From Clostridia bacterium (GTDB taxonomy: Bacteria; Bacillota; Clostridia; Oscillospirales; CAG-272): a DNA stretch of 64,000 nt. The stretch's first letter is position 1. Every line of letters begins with the position of its first letter. This document shows, piece after piece, positions 8,681 through 17,795 of the stretch. The notes under the pieces were generated by a model. That model ran no database searches. It was not told where the DNA came from and saw only the letters and a list, made by a program, of their open reading frames with translations. The stretch covers positions 29,012 through 93,011 of the forward strand of contig JAFQOX010000128.1 in the NCBI GenBank assembly GCA_017412045.1, given 5' to 3'. The translations under genes and the position numbers were made by a program.

Positions 8681-9745
8681 TTAAATTTTAACGGTCCAAC
8701 CGTAGGGATCCTCGGCTTTGCCCCACTGAATGCTCGTGAGCGTATCGTAGAGATACTGCGTGGTTTCGCCGATCTCGAAATTGTTGACGATATAATCCTT
8801 GTCGCCGTAGGAAAGCTGACCGATCGGAGAAACGACGGCGGCGGTGCCGCAGCCCCATGCTTCTTCCAGCTTGCCGCTTTCCAATGCTTCGATCAGTTCA
8901 TCGACGGAGAGCAAGCGTTCTTCAACGGGGATGCCTTTATCCTTCAGAAGCTGGATGCAGGATTTGCGGGTAACGCCGGGGAGGATGGAGCCTGTCAGCT
9001 TGGGGGTGACGACGGTTCCGTCGATCTTGAACATGACGTTCATTGCGCCGACCTCTTCAATGTATTTACGTTCTACGCCGTCCAGCCAGAGAACCTGGGA
9101 GAAGCCCTTCTTTTCCGCGACCTCGCCTGCGCGGTTGCTCGCCGCGTAGTTGCCGCCGCATTTGGTATAGCCCGTGCCACCGCGGACCGCGCGGACGTCC
9201 ATGGTTTCGATCATGATCTTGACGGGATTGATGCCCTCGGGATAATAGCTTCCGACGGGGGAGGCGATCACTATATATTTCGCGTTGCAGATGGTGTGCA
9301 CGCCGAGCGTTTCATCGTTGCCGAAAAGGAAGGGGCGCAGGTAGAGCGAGGTGCCCTCTGCGTGGGGAACCCAATCTTTTTCGGTTTCCACAAATTTTTT
9401 GAGCGCCTCCAGAATGAAGTCGGGATCAACCTTGGGCAGACAGATTCTGTCCGCGGAATTGTTGAGTCTTTCAATATTTTCGGTAGGACGGAAAAGCTGA
9501 ACGTCTCCCGTGGGCGTTCTGTAAGCCTTCAGCCCCTCAAAAATCTCCGCACCGTAATGCAAAACGGTAGCGGCGGGGTGGAGAGTCAGATTGCCGAAGG
9601 GAATGATTTTGGCATCGTGCCAGCCGAGCTCGGGGGAATATTCCATGACAAACATATGATCCGTAAAATATTTGCCGAAACCGAGTTTCGAATCATCGGG
9701 CTTTTGCTTCGGTGCCGCTGTTTTGATAATTTCGATGGATTGCAT
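8681..9745 (-). CDS. ilvE: Branched-chain amino acid aminotransferase
   Basis: start at ATG 9745 (MQSIEII..., AGGAG RBS); 'YFTDHMF', 'LHYGAEIFEGLKAYR', 'AGGNYAAS' class IV aminotransferase motifs. Confidence 0.95.
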   Translation of the reverse strand: MQSIEIIKTAAPKQKPDDSKLGFGKYFTDHMFVMEYSPELGWHDAKIIPFGNLTLHPAATVLHYGAEIFEGLKAYRTPTGDVQLFRPTENIERLNNSADRICLPKVDPDFILEALKKFVETEKDWVPHAEGTSLYLRPFLFGNDETLGVHTICNAKYIVIASPVGSYYPEGINPVKIMIETMDVRAVRGGTGYTKCGGNYAASNRAGEVAEKKGFSQVLWLDGVERKYIEEVGAMNVMFKIDGTVVTPKLTGSILPGVTRKSCIQLLKDKGIPVEERLLSVDELIEALESGKLEEAWGCGTAAVVSPIGQLSYGDKDYIVNNFEIGETTQYLYDTLTSIQWGKAEDPYGWTVKI

Positions 9746-9832
9746 AAAAAACTCCTGTCTGATGAACATCGTCGATTTTATTGTTAATATCCGTTGAAAA
9801 CGGATATATTGGCTTGGTACGTCAATGATTTT

Positions 9833-9861
9833 ATTATAGACTTTTCACAAAAGAATGTCAA
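9833..9861 (-). promoter_or_regulatory. Consensus sigma-A promoter for ilvE
   Basis: minus strand TTGACA (9861-9856) - 17 nt - TATAAT (9838-9833); 9-bp hairpin atatccgtt/aacggatat (9788-9808) in the leader. Confidence 0.7.
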
Positions 9862-9880
9862 GAGAAATCTGAAAATAGCC

Positions 9881-11668
9881 TCAGGATTCCTGTTCCAGAA
9901 CGGGAATAAACACCTTTTCCACGTTTTGGCATTGGTCAAAAGCGTTTTCTTCAACGAAAACGACCACGTACATTTTCCCCTCTCGCCAGAGCGTGGTGGG
10001 AACGATGAAAAGCCCTTTCTCTTCGGGATTGTAAACGTCGCTCGGCATGACCCATTCGGGCGCTTCCACGAGCGTTGCTTTTCCCGTGATGGAATCCAGC
10101 GCGTACAGGACGCCGCGGGAATCCGTATCCAGAGCGATTTCCTCCGTATAAGCGATGAAAACGGTAAAGGTGTGCGAAAAGCCGTCCTTCGTGATCGTGG
10201 CTTCCAGATAACCGCAGGCATCCTTGGGATACGTGACGGTATAATCGCTGATCGCGGTCATTTTTCCTTGAGAGAGGTGCAAAACGATCGTTTCGTGATA
10301 AGGGTAATCCTGCTCGATGGCAAATTCGATGGGGAGCGCGACGACGGCGTATTCGTTTTCCTTGACGGCGACGGCTTTCTTTCCCTCGGAAATCGCTTTT
10401 TGCAGAATGGCATCGGATTGCGGCGCGTATACGGTTACCTTTTCGGAACCCTCAAAAATACCGTTGCCAAGTGTTTCCGTCTTGCCGATGCAGAAGTATT
10501 GCAACGCTTCGCAGCGCGCGAAGGCGGCATCACCCAATTCAACGAGGTTTTCCACAACGGCTGTGGAAAGATTTTTGCAGGAATGAAAAGCTTCGTCGGC
10601 GATCACTTGCAGATTTTTGGGGAGGTGAATTTCCGAGAGCGCGCCGCATTCCTTGAATACGCGGTCGGAAATCGTTTGCAGAGAGGAAGGAAGCGTCACG
10701 AATTTCAGTGATTTGCAGTTGCGGAAGGTTGCCGACGCAAGCGCGGTGATGCCTTCCGGGATTTCGATGGCATACAGAGATTCACAGTTGTAAAAGGCGC
10801 GGCTTCCGATGGCATCCATGCGGGTCGGCATTTCGACCCATTCCAAAGCGGCGCAGTCGGAAAACGCTTCGTTTCCGATGACCTTGACGGATTCGGGGAT
10901 CAGAACGCCCGTGATCCATGAGGACGAAAAGGCGTTGCTTGCGATTTCGGTCACGGGAAGTTCTCTGCCGTCGGCGATGACGGAGGCGGGAACGGCAAAG
11001 AAGCCTTCCTTGCTCTGCGCGTTCATCAGAATCGCACGGCTGTCCGAAACGTGATAGAAAACGCCGTCCGCAGTATGGCTTGCGTCCAACGTCGGACGGT
11101 ATTCCTCGGTGACCATGACGGAGAAGCTTTCATAGCAACCGTCCAGCTCGATGCCGACCGTATTTTCTCCCAGAACGGAAAATTCATATTCGGGCTTATA
11201 TTGCCGTACCTCAAATTCCGTGCCGTCCTCCGCAATGGCAAGAACGGTGATCGTGCTTTTGTCGAATTTTTCTCCGATGTGATACGTTTTTTCGGGATTA
11301 TTGACCGTCACGGTAAAGGATTGGATGGAGACGCAGTTGATTTCGAAATCATATTCCTTTTCCTGCGTGCCGTTGGAAAAACGGATCACCATGCGGTTTT
11401 TTCCGAGCGACAGGGGGATGACGGCATCGAGTCCCTGTACGTATTCCTCGACAGAAGTTCCCTTGAAGATGGTAATGGCGTCGGAAGAAAGCAGAAAATC
11501 ACGCACGCGCAACGGCTCTTCGCCGATGACCGTAGCGGAAATGCGGTCTCCGTCCAGAACGTAGCCCTCGGCAAGTGTGAAATTCGGGGTGTAGACGTTC
11601 GGCTTTTTACATGATACCATGCAGAGCAGCAAGACGGATAAAAACAGAGTGATGACTATTTTTTTCAT
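9881..11668 (-). CDS. Surface lipoprotein with BspA-type leucine-rich repeats
   Basis: start at second ATG (MKKIVITLF...MVSC lipobox); repeated 'IPESVKVIGNEAFSDC / IPEGITALASATFRNC / LPSSLQTISDRVFKEC' LRR_5 units. Confidence 0.85.
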   Translation of the reverse strand: MKKIVITLFLSVLLLCMVSCKKPNVYTPNFTLAEGYVLDGDRISATVIGEEPLRVRDFLLSSDAITIFKGTSVEEYVQGLDAVIPLSLGKNRMVIRFSNGTQEKEYDFEINCVSIQSFTVTVNNPEKTYHIGEKFDKSTITVLAIAEDGTEFEVRQYKPEYEFSVLGENTVGIELDGCYESFSVMVTEEYRPTLDASHTADGVFYHVSDSRAILMNAQSKEGFFAVPASVIADGRELPVTEIASNAFSSSWITGVLIPESVKVIGNEAFSDCAALEWVEMPTRMDAIGSRAFYNCESLYAIEIPEGITALASATFRNCKSLKFVTLPSSLQTISDRVFKECGALSEIHLPKNLQVIADEAFHSCKNLSTAVVENLVELGDAAFARCEALQYFCIGKTETLGNGIFEGSEKVTVYAPQSDAILQKAISEGKKAVAVKENEYAVVALPIEFAIEQDYPYHETIVLHLSQGKMTAISDYTVTYPKDACGYLEATITKDGFSHTFTVFIAYTEEIALDTDSRGVLYALDSITGKATLVEAPEWVMPSDVYNPEEKGLFIVPTTLWREGKMYVVVFVEENAFDQCQNVEKVFIPVLEQES

Positions 11669-11695
11669 TGAAAACATCCTTTTTTTGATGGAATA

Positions 11696-12442
11696 TCAGC
11701 TCGATGCGTCTTGGGAGGCGATATATTCGAGTATCGCCGCAGAGAGAGACAGCGCGAGCTTTTTTTGATAGGCTTCGTTTTTCAGCAGCTCCCGCTCTTC
11801 ACGGTTGGAGAGAAAACCGCACTCGACGAGAACGGCGGGAATTTGCAGATGTGACATGAGGTAGATGGAATCTCCCGCGGGCTTGATTTTCCGATCCTCC
11901 GTATTCCGTAAGACCTCGCTCGCTTTGTTTTGAACGGTTTGCGCAAGGGTCAGACTCTCCTTGTGATTTTCGGAATAATAGACCTGGAGTCCGCGGTATT
12001 TTTCGATCGGAAACTGATTCATGTGTATGCTGACGAAGATGGCGTTTTTTTGATTTTGCGCCAATTGCAGGCGCGCTTTCAGATCGTCAGCCTTTTTATG
12101 AGGGGAATCAGGCGAGGCGAGCTCGATATCCGTTTCCCTCGTCATGACGACGCGGAGGTCTGCGCTTTCCAGAATGGCTTTCAGCTTCAGCGCGACGGCG
12201 AGATTGAGGTCCTTTTCACGTGTACCGTCCTCGCCGAGCGCGCCGCCGTCCCGTCCTCCGTGTCCGGGGTCGATAACGACGGTTATTTTTTCATCCGCCG
12301 AAGCCGTATTGGCGGGAGATTGGACGTTTGAACGAAATAAGAGATTGCCGAAGCCGAGCGCGGCTGACAGCAGTAGAAGCGCGGATATACAGAATTTCAC
12401 AAAGAAAGATACGGAGCTTTGAAACAAATTTTTGGAATACAA
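11696..12442 (-). CDS. cwlD: N-acetylmuramoyl-L-alanine amidase, CwlD-like (germination-specific type)
   Basis: 248 aa; N-terminal TM, 'VVIDPGHGGRDGGA', 'SIHMN', 'VLVECGFLSN' Amidase_3 motifs; TTG start. Confidence 0.85.
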   Translation of the reverse strand: MYSKNLFQSSVSFFVKFCISALLLLSAALGFGNLLFRSNVQSPANTASADEKITVVIDPGHGGRDGGALGEDGTREKDLNLAVALKLKAILESADLRVVMTRETDIELASPDSPHKKADDLKARLQLAQNQKNAIFVSIHMNQFPIEKYRGLQVYYSENHKESLTLAQTVQNKASEVLRNTEDRKIKPAGDSIYLMSHLQIPAVLVECGFLSNREERELLKNEAYQKKLALSLSAAILEYIASQDASS

Positions 12443-12449
12443 AATAAAT

Positions 12450-12499
12450 CACCGCCGTTTTCATCATTTTTGAAAATATATGAAAACGGCAGTGTTTTT
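12450..12499 (-). terminator. Intrinsic terminator after the 12569-13126 membrane gene
   Basis: 15-bp stem (one mismatch) caccgccgttttcat/atgaaaacggcagtg with T-rich flank on both strands. Confidence 0.7.
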
Positions 12500-12568
12500 A
12501 TGCTATGAGAAATTGCTCAAAACGAATCTCTCCGTTCGTCTGATCAGGAATTGAAGAGCGGCGGAGAC

Positions 12569-13126
12569 TTATCTGTTTTTCGGTACGCCGAAAACGCTGA
12601 TATTTTTTGCGCCGCAGTAATAAGCGATACCTGCGAAAAGAGCGGGAAGAACGGATACCGTGATATAGGAAAAGGGCGATCCCGTCACGATGATCAATCC
12701 GAGCGCGGGCGCGTCCCAGAGAACCTCGAGCAGATTGCTGACGCCGTAAATTTTGCGGAAGAACGCGTAATCCTTATAGAAATAAGCGAAAATATTGACG
12801 ATGTTCAGCAGGAAGCTGGGGATGGATGCCATGAGTCCCATATACAATCCGGCGAGAGGATTCAGGACCATTCTGCCGCCGTCCGCGGAGATCTTGTTTT
12901 TGGCTCCGAGCGTCCATAGCTGAGAACGGATCAGATAATAATAAAAGATGAAAACGAGCGCGGTGACGATCAGGATGATGGTATTGACGGAGGATTCGTT
13001 TCCCGACGTATCCAGCACGAGAAGCGGCGATGTACACATGATGCTGAAAACGGCAAGCGCGGCGTGGGTCACGAGGAGCTTGACGATCTCACCCTTGTAT
13101 CTTCGCCAGAATTCTTTGAAGTTCAT
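12569..13126 (-). CDS. Hypothetical polytopic membrane protein
   Basis: about 185 aa from ATG 13126 (AAAGGAA RBS inside the longer ORF); several hydrophobic spans; no family recognised. Confidence 0.6.
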   Translation of the reverse strand: MNFKEFWRRYKGEIVKLLVTHAALAVFSIMCTSPLLVLDTSGNESSVNTIILIVTALVFIFYYYLIRSQLWTLGAKNKISADGGRMVLNPLAGLYMGLMASIPSFLLNIVNIFAYFYKDYAFFRKIYGVSNLLEVLWDAPALGLIIVTGSPFSYITVSVLPALFAGIAYYCGAKNISVFGVPKNR

Positions 13127-13335
13127 AATAAAAAGGGTTCCTTTCATAAAAATAATTTACAAGGGTTATTATAGCTTTTTTATTTCATTTGTTCAAGCGA
13201 TTTTTCAAAAAATATCGGAAATATGAAAAAAATTAACAAATTCATCATCTTTTTTTCAAAAAATATGGTCGATTTTCGTTTTTTGCGGTATAATAGAAAT
13301 AAATTTACGATGAGCGGAAAGGAGACGCCTCGGAA

Positions 13336-14379
13336 ATGTCGGAAATGAAAAAAAGAATCAGGGAAGATACTTCTCCCGTGGTGGAGAGATTTCTTCGTTA
13401 TAAACTCGTTATTCAGGGCCGTTCGCCCAAGACGGTGGAGGAATACCGCCTGGATTTACATACGTTTTTTGTCTATCAGGTCGCTCTGCAAAAGGGGATT
13501 TCTCCCAAATCGGAGGAATTCAAAAATATTACCATTGACTGTGTGAATCACCGATTCCTACAGGAAATCACGACTCTGGATATTCTGGAATTTTTGGTCT
13601 ATATGGCAAACGAGCGCGGAAATTCCACGGCATCCCGCGCAAGAAAATTATCGGCAATTAAAACCTTCTTTAAATATATGGTCACTACGGAGCGTGTTCT
13701 GGAAAAAAATCCGGCGGCGGATATTGAAACGCCGAAACGAAAAAACGCTTTGCCGAAGCATTTGAGCGAGGAGGAAAGCATCTCGCTTCTGACGAGCGTT
13801 CTGGACGACAAGGAAGCGAAATACAAGGAGCGGGATTTTTGCATTCTGACGCTGTTTTTGAATTGCGGAATGCGACTTTCCGAGCTTGTGGGGATCAATC
13901 TGTCAGATATGGACAGAGATCTGCGTTCGCTCCGCGTCGTCGGTAAAGGTAATAAGGAGCGTATCGTCTATCTCAACGACGCGTGCCGCGATGCGATCCG
14001 GAGCTATCTGGAATGCCGCGCGCAGAATCTGACGGACGTCAAGGAGCCGAACGCGCTTTTCCTTTCTCGCTTGGGCAGGAGAATCAGCCACAAAACGGTA
14101 CAATGGATGGTCTACAAATATCTGGAGCAGGCAGGCTTGGAATATAAGCATTTTTCTACGCACAAGCTCCGCCATACGGCGGCAACGCTGATGTATCAGG
14201 AGGGTGGCGTCGATATTCTTGCGCTCAAGGAGATCCTCGGACATTCGCAGCTCAGCACGACGCAGATCTATACGCATATCGGCGATAAAAAGCTGGAGGA
14301 AGCCGTTTCCAAAAACCCGCTTGCGAACATCAACAGCGGAAATATTCGTTCCGTCAAAAAAGAAGACGGCGAAGAATAA
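13336..14379 (+). CDS. Tyrosine recombinase, XerC/XerD family
   Basis: 347 aa; SAM-like N domain; C-terminal 'HKLRHTAAT...GHSQLSTTQIYTH' catalytic R-H-R-Y box. Confidence 0.9.
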   Translation: MSEMKKRIREDTSPVVERFLRYKLVIQGRSPKTVEEYRLDLHTFFVYQVALQKGISPKSEEFKNITIDCVNHRFLQEITTLDILEFLVYMANERGNSTASRARKLSAIKTFFKYMVTTERVLEKNPAADIETPKRKNALPKHLSEEESISLLTSVLDDKEAKYKERDFCILTLFLNCGMRLSELVGINLSDMDRDLRSLRVVGKGNKERIVYLNDACRDAIRSYLECRAQNLTDVKEPNALFLSRLGRRISHKTVQWMVYKYLEQAGLEYKHFSTHKLRHTAATLMYQEGGVDILALKEILGHSQLSTTQIYTHIGDKKLEEAVSKNPLANINSGNIRSVKKEDGEE

Positions 14380-14402
14380 ATATTTTTGACAAAGGGAACG
14401 GA

Positions 14403-14687
14403 ATGGATTGGGAAGCATTTGAATTATTATGGTGTTTGGGTGTCGGTATTGCGGTGCTGATCGCGTTGGCTGTGCGTAAACGAAAAAAGAAAAAATTTTT
14501 GCAGAACTCCATATGCCCCCGGTGCGGTACACAAATGGAAGACGCAACAACGGAAGAGCATTTGAAGAAGATTCGTTACAATGCGAAAACCTATTACGGG
14601 GACTTTACGGTCGAGCATCTTGCGTGGGAATGCCCGACTTGCGGCTACCGTACGAAATTTGAGGGTGAGGATGATCGGAATTCCTGA
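14403..14687 (+). CDS. Small membrane-anchored zinc-ribbon protein
   Basis: 94 aa; N-terminal TM then CPRCG...CPTCG; AGGGAA RBS; 23 nt after the recombinase gene. Confidence 0.65.
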   Translation: MDWEAFELLWCLGVGIAVLIALAVRKRKKKKFLQNSICPRCGTQMEDATTEEHLKKIRYNAKTYYGDFTVEHLAWECPTCGYRTKFEGEDDRNS

Positions 14688-14712
14688 AAATTTTACATAC
14701 AAAATCAATCAA

Positions 14713-14746
14713 CCCCGGCAGAGCTTGAAATCTGCCGGGGTTTTCC
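14713..14746. terminator. Bidirectional intrinsic terminator
   Basis: ccccggcaga/tctgccgggg stem followed by TTTT. Confidence 0.8.
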
Positions 14747-14782
14747 CGTTTTTATGAGAGCGGGTCAGTGCCCGCCGTAGCA

Positions 14783-15364
14783 TTATTCGGAATCCGTTGC
14801 GTATTCGTTTTCTCTGTCGGCTTCCCGATTTGCTTCCGCTTCTGCCTTTGCCTTTGCTTCTGCTCTGACAGCAGCTTCTGCGGCTTGCTTTTTCATTTTC
14901 TTTTCACGGGAGGAAAGATAAGAAATAACGCCGAGTCCTGCAAAGAGCAGACCCAATCCGAGGTTAGCAAGATATCCCACAAGAATTTCCTTTTCGGCAA
15001 GGAAGAGGGGGATCACGCGTACCGATTCAAAGAAATTCAAGGTGAAATCCACTTCACCTGCCGCAAACCATTCCTGATATGCCAGGTAGATATCGTATCC
15101 GATACAGAGGTACCAGGATATCGCCAGGACCAGAACGGCGATGATCACGGAAAGAACGAGACATGTTTTGCTTTCATTTTTCGTTTTTGCGAAAAAGGTG
15201 TAGCCCTTCACGGCGCAGATGACTCCTACGAGACCGCTGAGAGCCGCTACGTAGCCGATTTGATAAAGTACGAACCAAAGTATGCCGCCTACGAGAGAAA
15301 AGAGGAACGCGCCGACTGCGCCGGCAAGAACGTTTTCTTTCGTTTCAATGGAATTGCTGTTCAT
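14783..15364 (-). CDS. Hypothetical membrane protein with Ala/Glu/Lys-periodic C-terminal tail
   Basis: 193 aa; 4-5 hydrophobic spans; tail 'AAEAAVRAEAKAKAEAEANREADRE'. Confidence 0.6.
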   Translation of the reverse strand: MNSNSIETKENVLAGAVGAFLFSLVGGILWFVLYQIGYVAALSGLVGVICAVKGYTFFAKTKNESKTCLVLSVIIAVLVLAISWYLCIGYDIYLAYQEWFAAGEVDFTLNFFESVRVIPLFLAEKEILVGYLANLGLGLLFAGLGVISYLSSREKKMKKQAAEAAVRAEAKAKAEAEANREADRENEYATDSE

Positions 15365-15461
15365 TGTAAAATCTCCTTAAAAATAATAGTTTTCGTATCA
15401 TTATACTATCTTTTTGGCAACATGTCAAGGGTATTTTTTACAAAAAAGGGCAACTTGCGAA

Positions 15462-15490
15462 GAAACCGCAGATCCCGGATCTGCGGTTTC
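15462..15490 (-). terminator. Intrinsic terminator after the DUF1934-like gene
   Basis: 13-bp perfect stem gaaaccgcagatc/gatctgcggtttc, 3-nt loop. Confidence 0.75.
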
Positions 15491-15509
15491 TTTACTTTGA
15501 TATTGAAGC

Positions 15510-15962
15510 TTATGCGGAGACCACGGAAATATCAAAGCGGAATTGACTGGATTGTACGGCAACGCCCTGGATTTCCGTATTGTAATCGAGAAGCAGAACG
15601 CCGCCCTTTTCAAAATTGAGCTTGTTGGAGATGCTTCTGGTTGCGACGGTAAAATCAAAAGCGGCGAAGCCCATATCGTACAGACCGCCGTATCTGCCGT
15701 TTTCGGAGAAGGTCATCACGCAGGAGACCGCGCCCTCGCGAACGAGCGTGACGATATTGGGCTCACGGACGTCGAAGGAAAGCGTGTTGTACGCCATGCC
15801 GTTTTCGCCCATGGTTTCCTCGTAAGCAATTTCGATGCGCTTGCCGTCGAAGGACATCACGCCGAAGCTGTTGATCCGCACGTTGTCTTTTTCGGCGTCC
15901 TCGTCCTCTCCGCGCACGATATTGGCGAAAATTTTGAGTTTAACTTGTTTTTCTTGTTTCAC
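15510..15962 (-). CDS. DUF1934 (YwiB-like) beta-barrel protein
   Basis: likely GTG start 15962 (VKQEKQVKLKI...; AGAGGAA upstream); the longer ORF would abut the gpmI stop. Confidence 0.65.
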   Translation of the reverse strand: MKQEKQVKLKIFANIVRGEDEDAEKDNVRINSFGVMSFDGKRIEIAYEETMGENGMAYNTLSFDVREPNIVTLVREGAVSCVMTFSENGRYGGLYDMGFAAFDFTVATRSISNKLNFEKGGVLLLDYNTEIQGVAVQSSQFRFDISVVSA

Positions 15963-16034
15963 GGTAAGGATTCCTCTGCTTAAAATAATTGTCGAACGGC
16001 AGCGAGCCGCCGTTCGACAGAAAATGGGTGTCAA

Positions 16035-17678
16035 TTATTTGATCAGGCTTTCGCACCACATTTCGGGTGCTTCGTAGCCGAGCATATTGACGGTGGTAGC
16101 CGCAACGTTTGCGAGACCGAAATCGGAGCCTTCCTTCATCGTATACTTATCGGTGTAGAAATTGTCGTAGATGATGCAGGGAACGGGATTGAGGGTGTGG
16201 CTGGTCTTTGCCTTGGGAGAGCCGTCGGCATTGGTCTTGATCTTACCCTTCTTGTCGGTTTCGTACATTTCGTCTGCGTTGCCGTGGTCTGCGGTGATGA
16301 TCGCAACGCCCTTAGCGGCATCAACGGCCTTCAGGATTCTTGCGAGCTGAACGTCGAGCGCTTCTACGGAGATAACGGTCGCCGCATAGTTGCCGGTGTG
16401 ACCGACCATATCGCCGTTCGGGAAGTTGCAGCGGATGAACTGATATTTACCGGATTCGATGGCTTCGATGACCTGATCGGCAATGTAAGCGCACTGCATC
16501 CAGGGTCTCTGTTCAAAGGGAACGATATCGGAAGGAATTTCCTGATAGGTTTCGGTTTCGTCGTCGAACTTGCCGCTCTTGTTACCGTTCCAGAAGTAGG
16601 TAACGTGACCGTATTTCTGGGTTTCGGAGATCGCGAACTGGGTGACACCGGTGTCAGCGAGATATTCGCCCATGGTATTGGTGATCGCGGGGGGAGCGAC
16701 GAGGTAACGGGAGGGAACGTGAAGGTCGCCGTCGTATTCGAGCATACCTGCGAAGATGACGTTGGGAACGCGGACGCGGTCGAATTTGTCGAAATCAGTG
16801 CCTGCCTCGAAGGTCTTGGAGATTTCGATCGCGCGGTCGCCGCGGAAGTTGTAGAAGATGACGCTGTCGCCGTCCTCGATCGTGCCGACGGGCGCGCCGT
16901 TTTCAGCGATTACGAATGCGGGGAGATCCTGGTCGATTACGCCGGATTCCGCGCGGTAGGTTTCGATGGCTTCTTTTGCGGAAGCGAACTGTCTGCCTTC
17001 ACCGAGCACGTGGGTGTGCCAGCCGTCCTCAACCATCTTCCAGTTTGCTTCGTAACGGTCCATGGTGATCTTCATTCTGCCGCCGCCGCTTGCGATCTTT
17101 GCGCAGAAGCTGCCGTCGTTGAGAGAAGCGAGGAACGCTTCGAAGGGCTCAACGTATTCGAGCGCGGAGGTTTCACCGACGTCACGGCCGTCGAGAAGGA
17201 TGTGGATGCGAACGTTCTTTACGCCTTCAGCCTTTGCCTTTTCAACCATTGCCTTGAGATGGTTGATGTGGGAATGAACGTTACCGTCGGAGAACAGACC
17301 GATGAAGTGGAGAGTGGTGCCGTTTGCGACACAGTTGCCGGAAAGGCTCTTCCAGGTTTCGCCCTCGAACATTCTGCCGGTTTCGATGGATTCGGTAACG
17401 AGCTTTGCGCCCTGCGCGAAAACCTGACCGGAGCCGAGCGCGTTGTGGCCGACCTCGGAGTTACCCATATCGTCGTCGGACATCAGACCGACGGCGGTTC
17501 CGTGCGCGCGGAGCTTGGTCCATGCGTATTTTTCCATCAGCATATCGAGAGTGGGAGTATATGCGTTCTTAACAGCGTTTCCCGCGCCGTCGGGAGCGAT
17601 GCCAATGCCGTCCATAACGATGGTGACGACGGGACCGGTTACACCGATGTTCAATGCGGATTGATTCAACTTTGCCAT
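16035..17678 (-). CDS. gpmI: 2,3-bisphosphoglycerate-independent phosphoglycerate mutase (long form)
   Basis: 547 aa; 'MDGIGIAP', 'MGNSEVGHNALG', 'ADHGNADEM' iPGM metal-site motifs. Confidence 0.95.
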   Translation of the reverse strand: MAKLNQSALNIGVTGPVVTIVMDGIGIAPDGAGNAVKNAYTPTLDMLMEKYAWTKLRAHGTAVGLMSDDDMGNSEVGHNALGSGQVFAQGAKLVTESIETGRMFEGETWKSLSGNCVANGTTLHFIGLFSDGNVHSHINHLKAMVEKAKAEGVKNVRIHILLDGRDVGETSALEYVEPFEAFLASLNDGSFCAKIASGGGRMKITMDRYEANWKMVEDGWHTHVLGEGRQFASAKEAIETYRAESGVIDQDLPAFVIAENGAPVGTIEDGDSVIFYNFRGDRAIEISKTFEAGTDFDKFDRVRVPNVIFAGMLEYDGDLHVPSRYLVAPPAITNTMGEYLADTGVTQFAISETQKYGHVTYFWNGNKSGKFDDETETYQEIPSDIVPFEQRPWMQCAYIADQVIEAIESGKYQFIRCNFPNGDMVGHTGNYAATVISVEALDVQLARILKAVDAAKGVAIITADHGNADEMYETDKKGKIKTNADGSPKAKTSHTLNPVPCIIYDNFYTDKYTMKEGSDFGLANVAATTVNMLGYEAPEMWCESLIK

Positions 17679-17731
17679 GATTTTTATTTCCTTTCTTATT
17701 TATATGTTTGAAATAAAAGTATTACGGTATT

Positions 17732-17760
17732 ATTATATCGTATTTTTCTCGCGCTGTCAA
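17732..17760 (-). promoter_or_regulatory. Consensus sigma-A promoter for gpmI
   Basis: minus strand TTGACA (17760-17755) - 17 nt - TATAAT (17737-17732). Confidence 0.7.
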
Positions 17761-17795
17761 CCCTTCGGTTTTCTCTTTGCGAAGAAAACGGAGGA

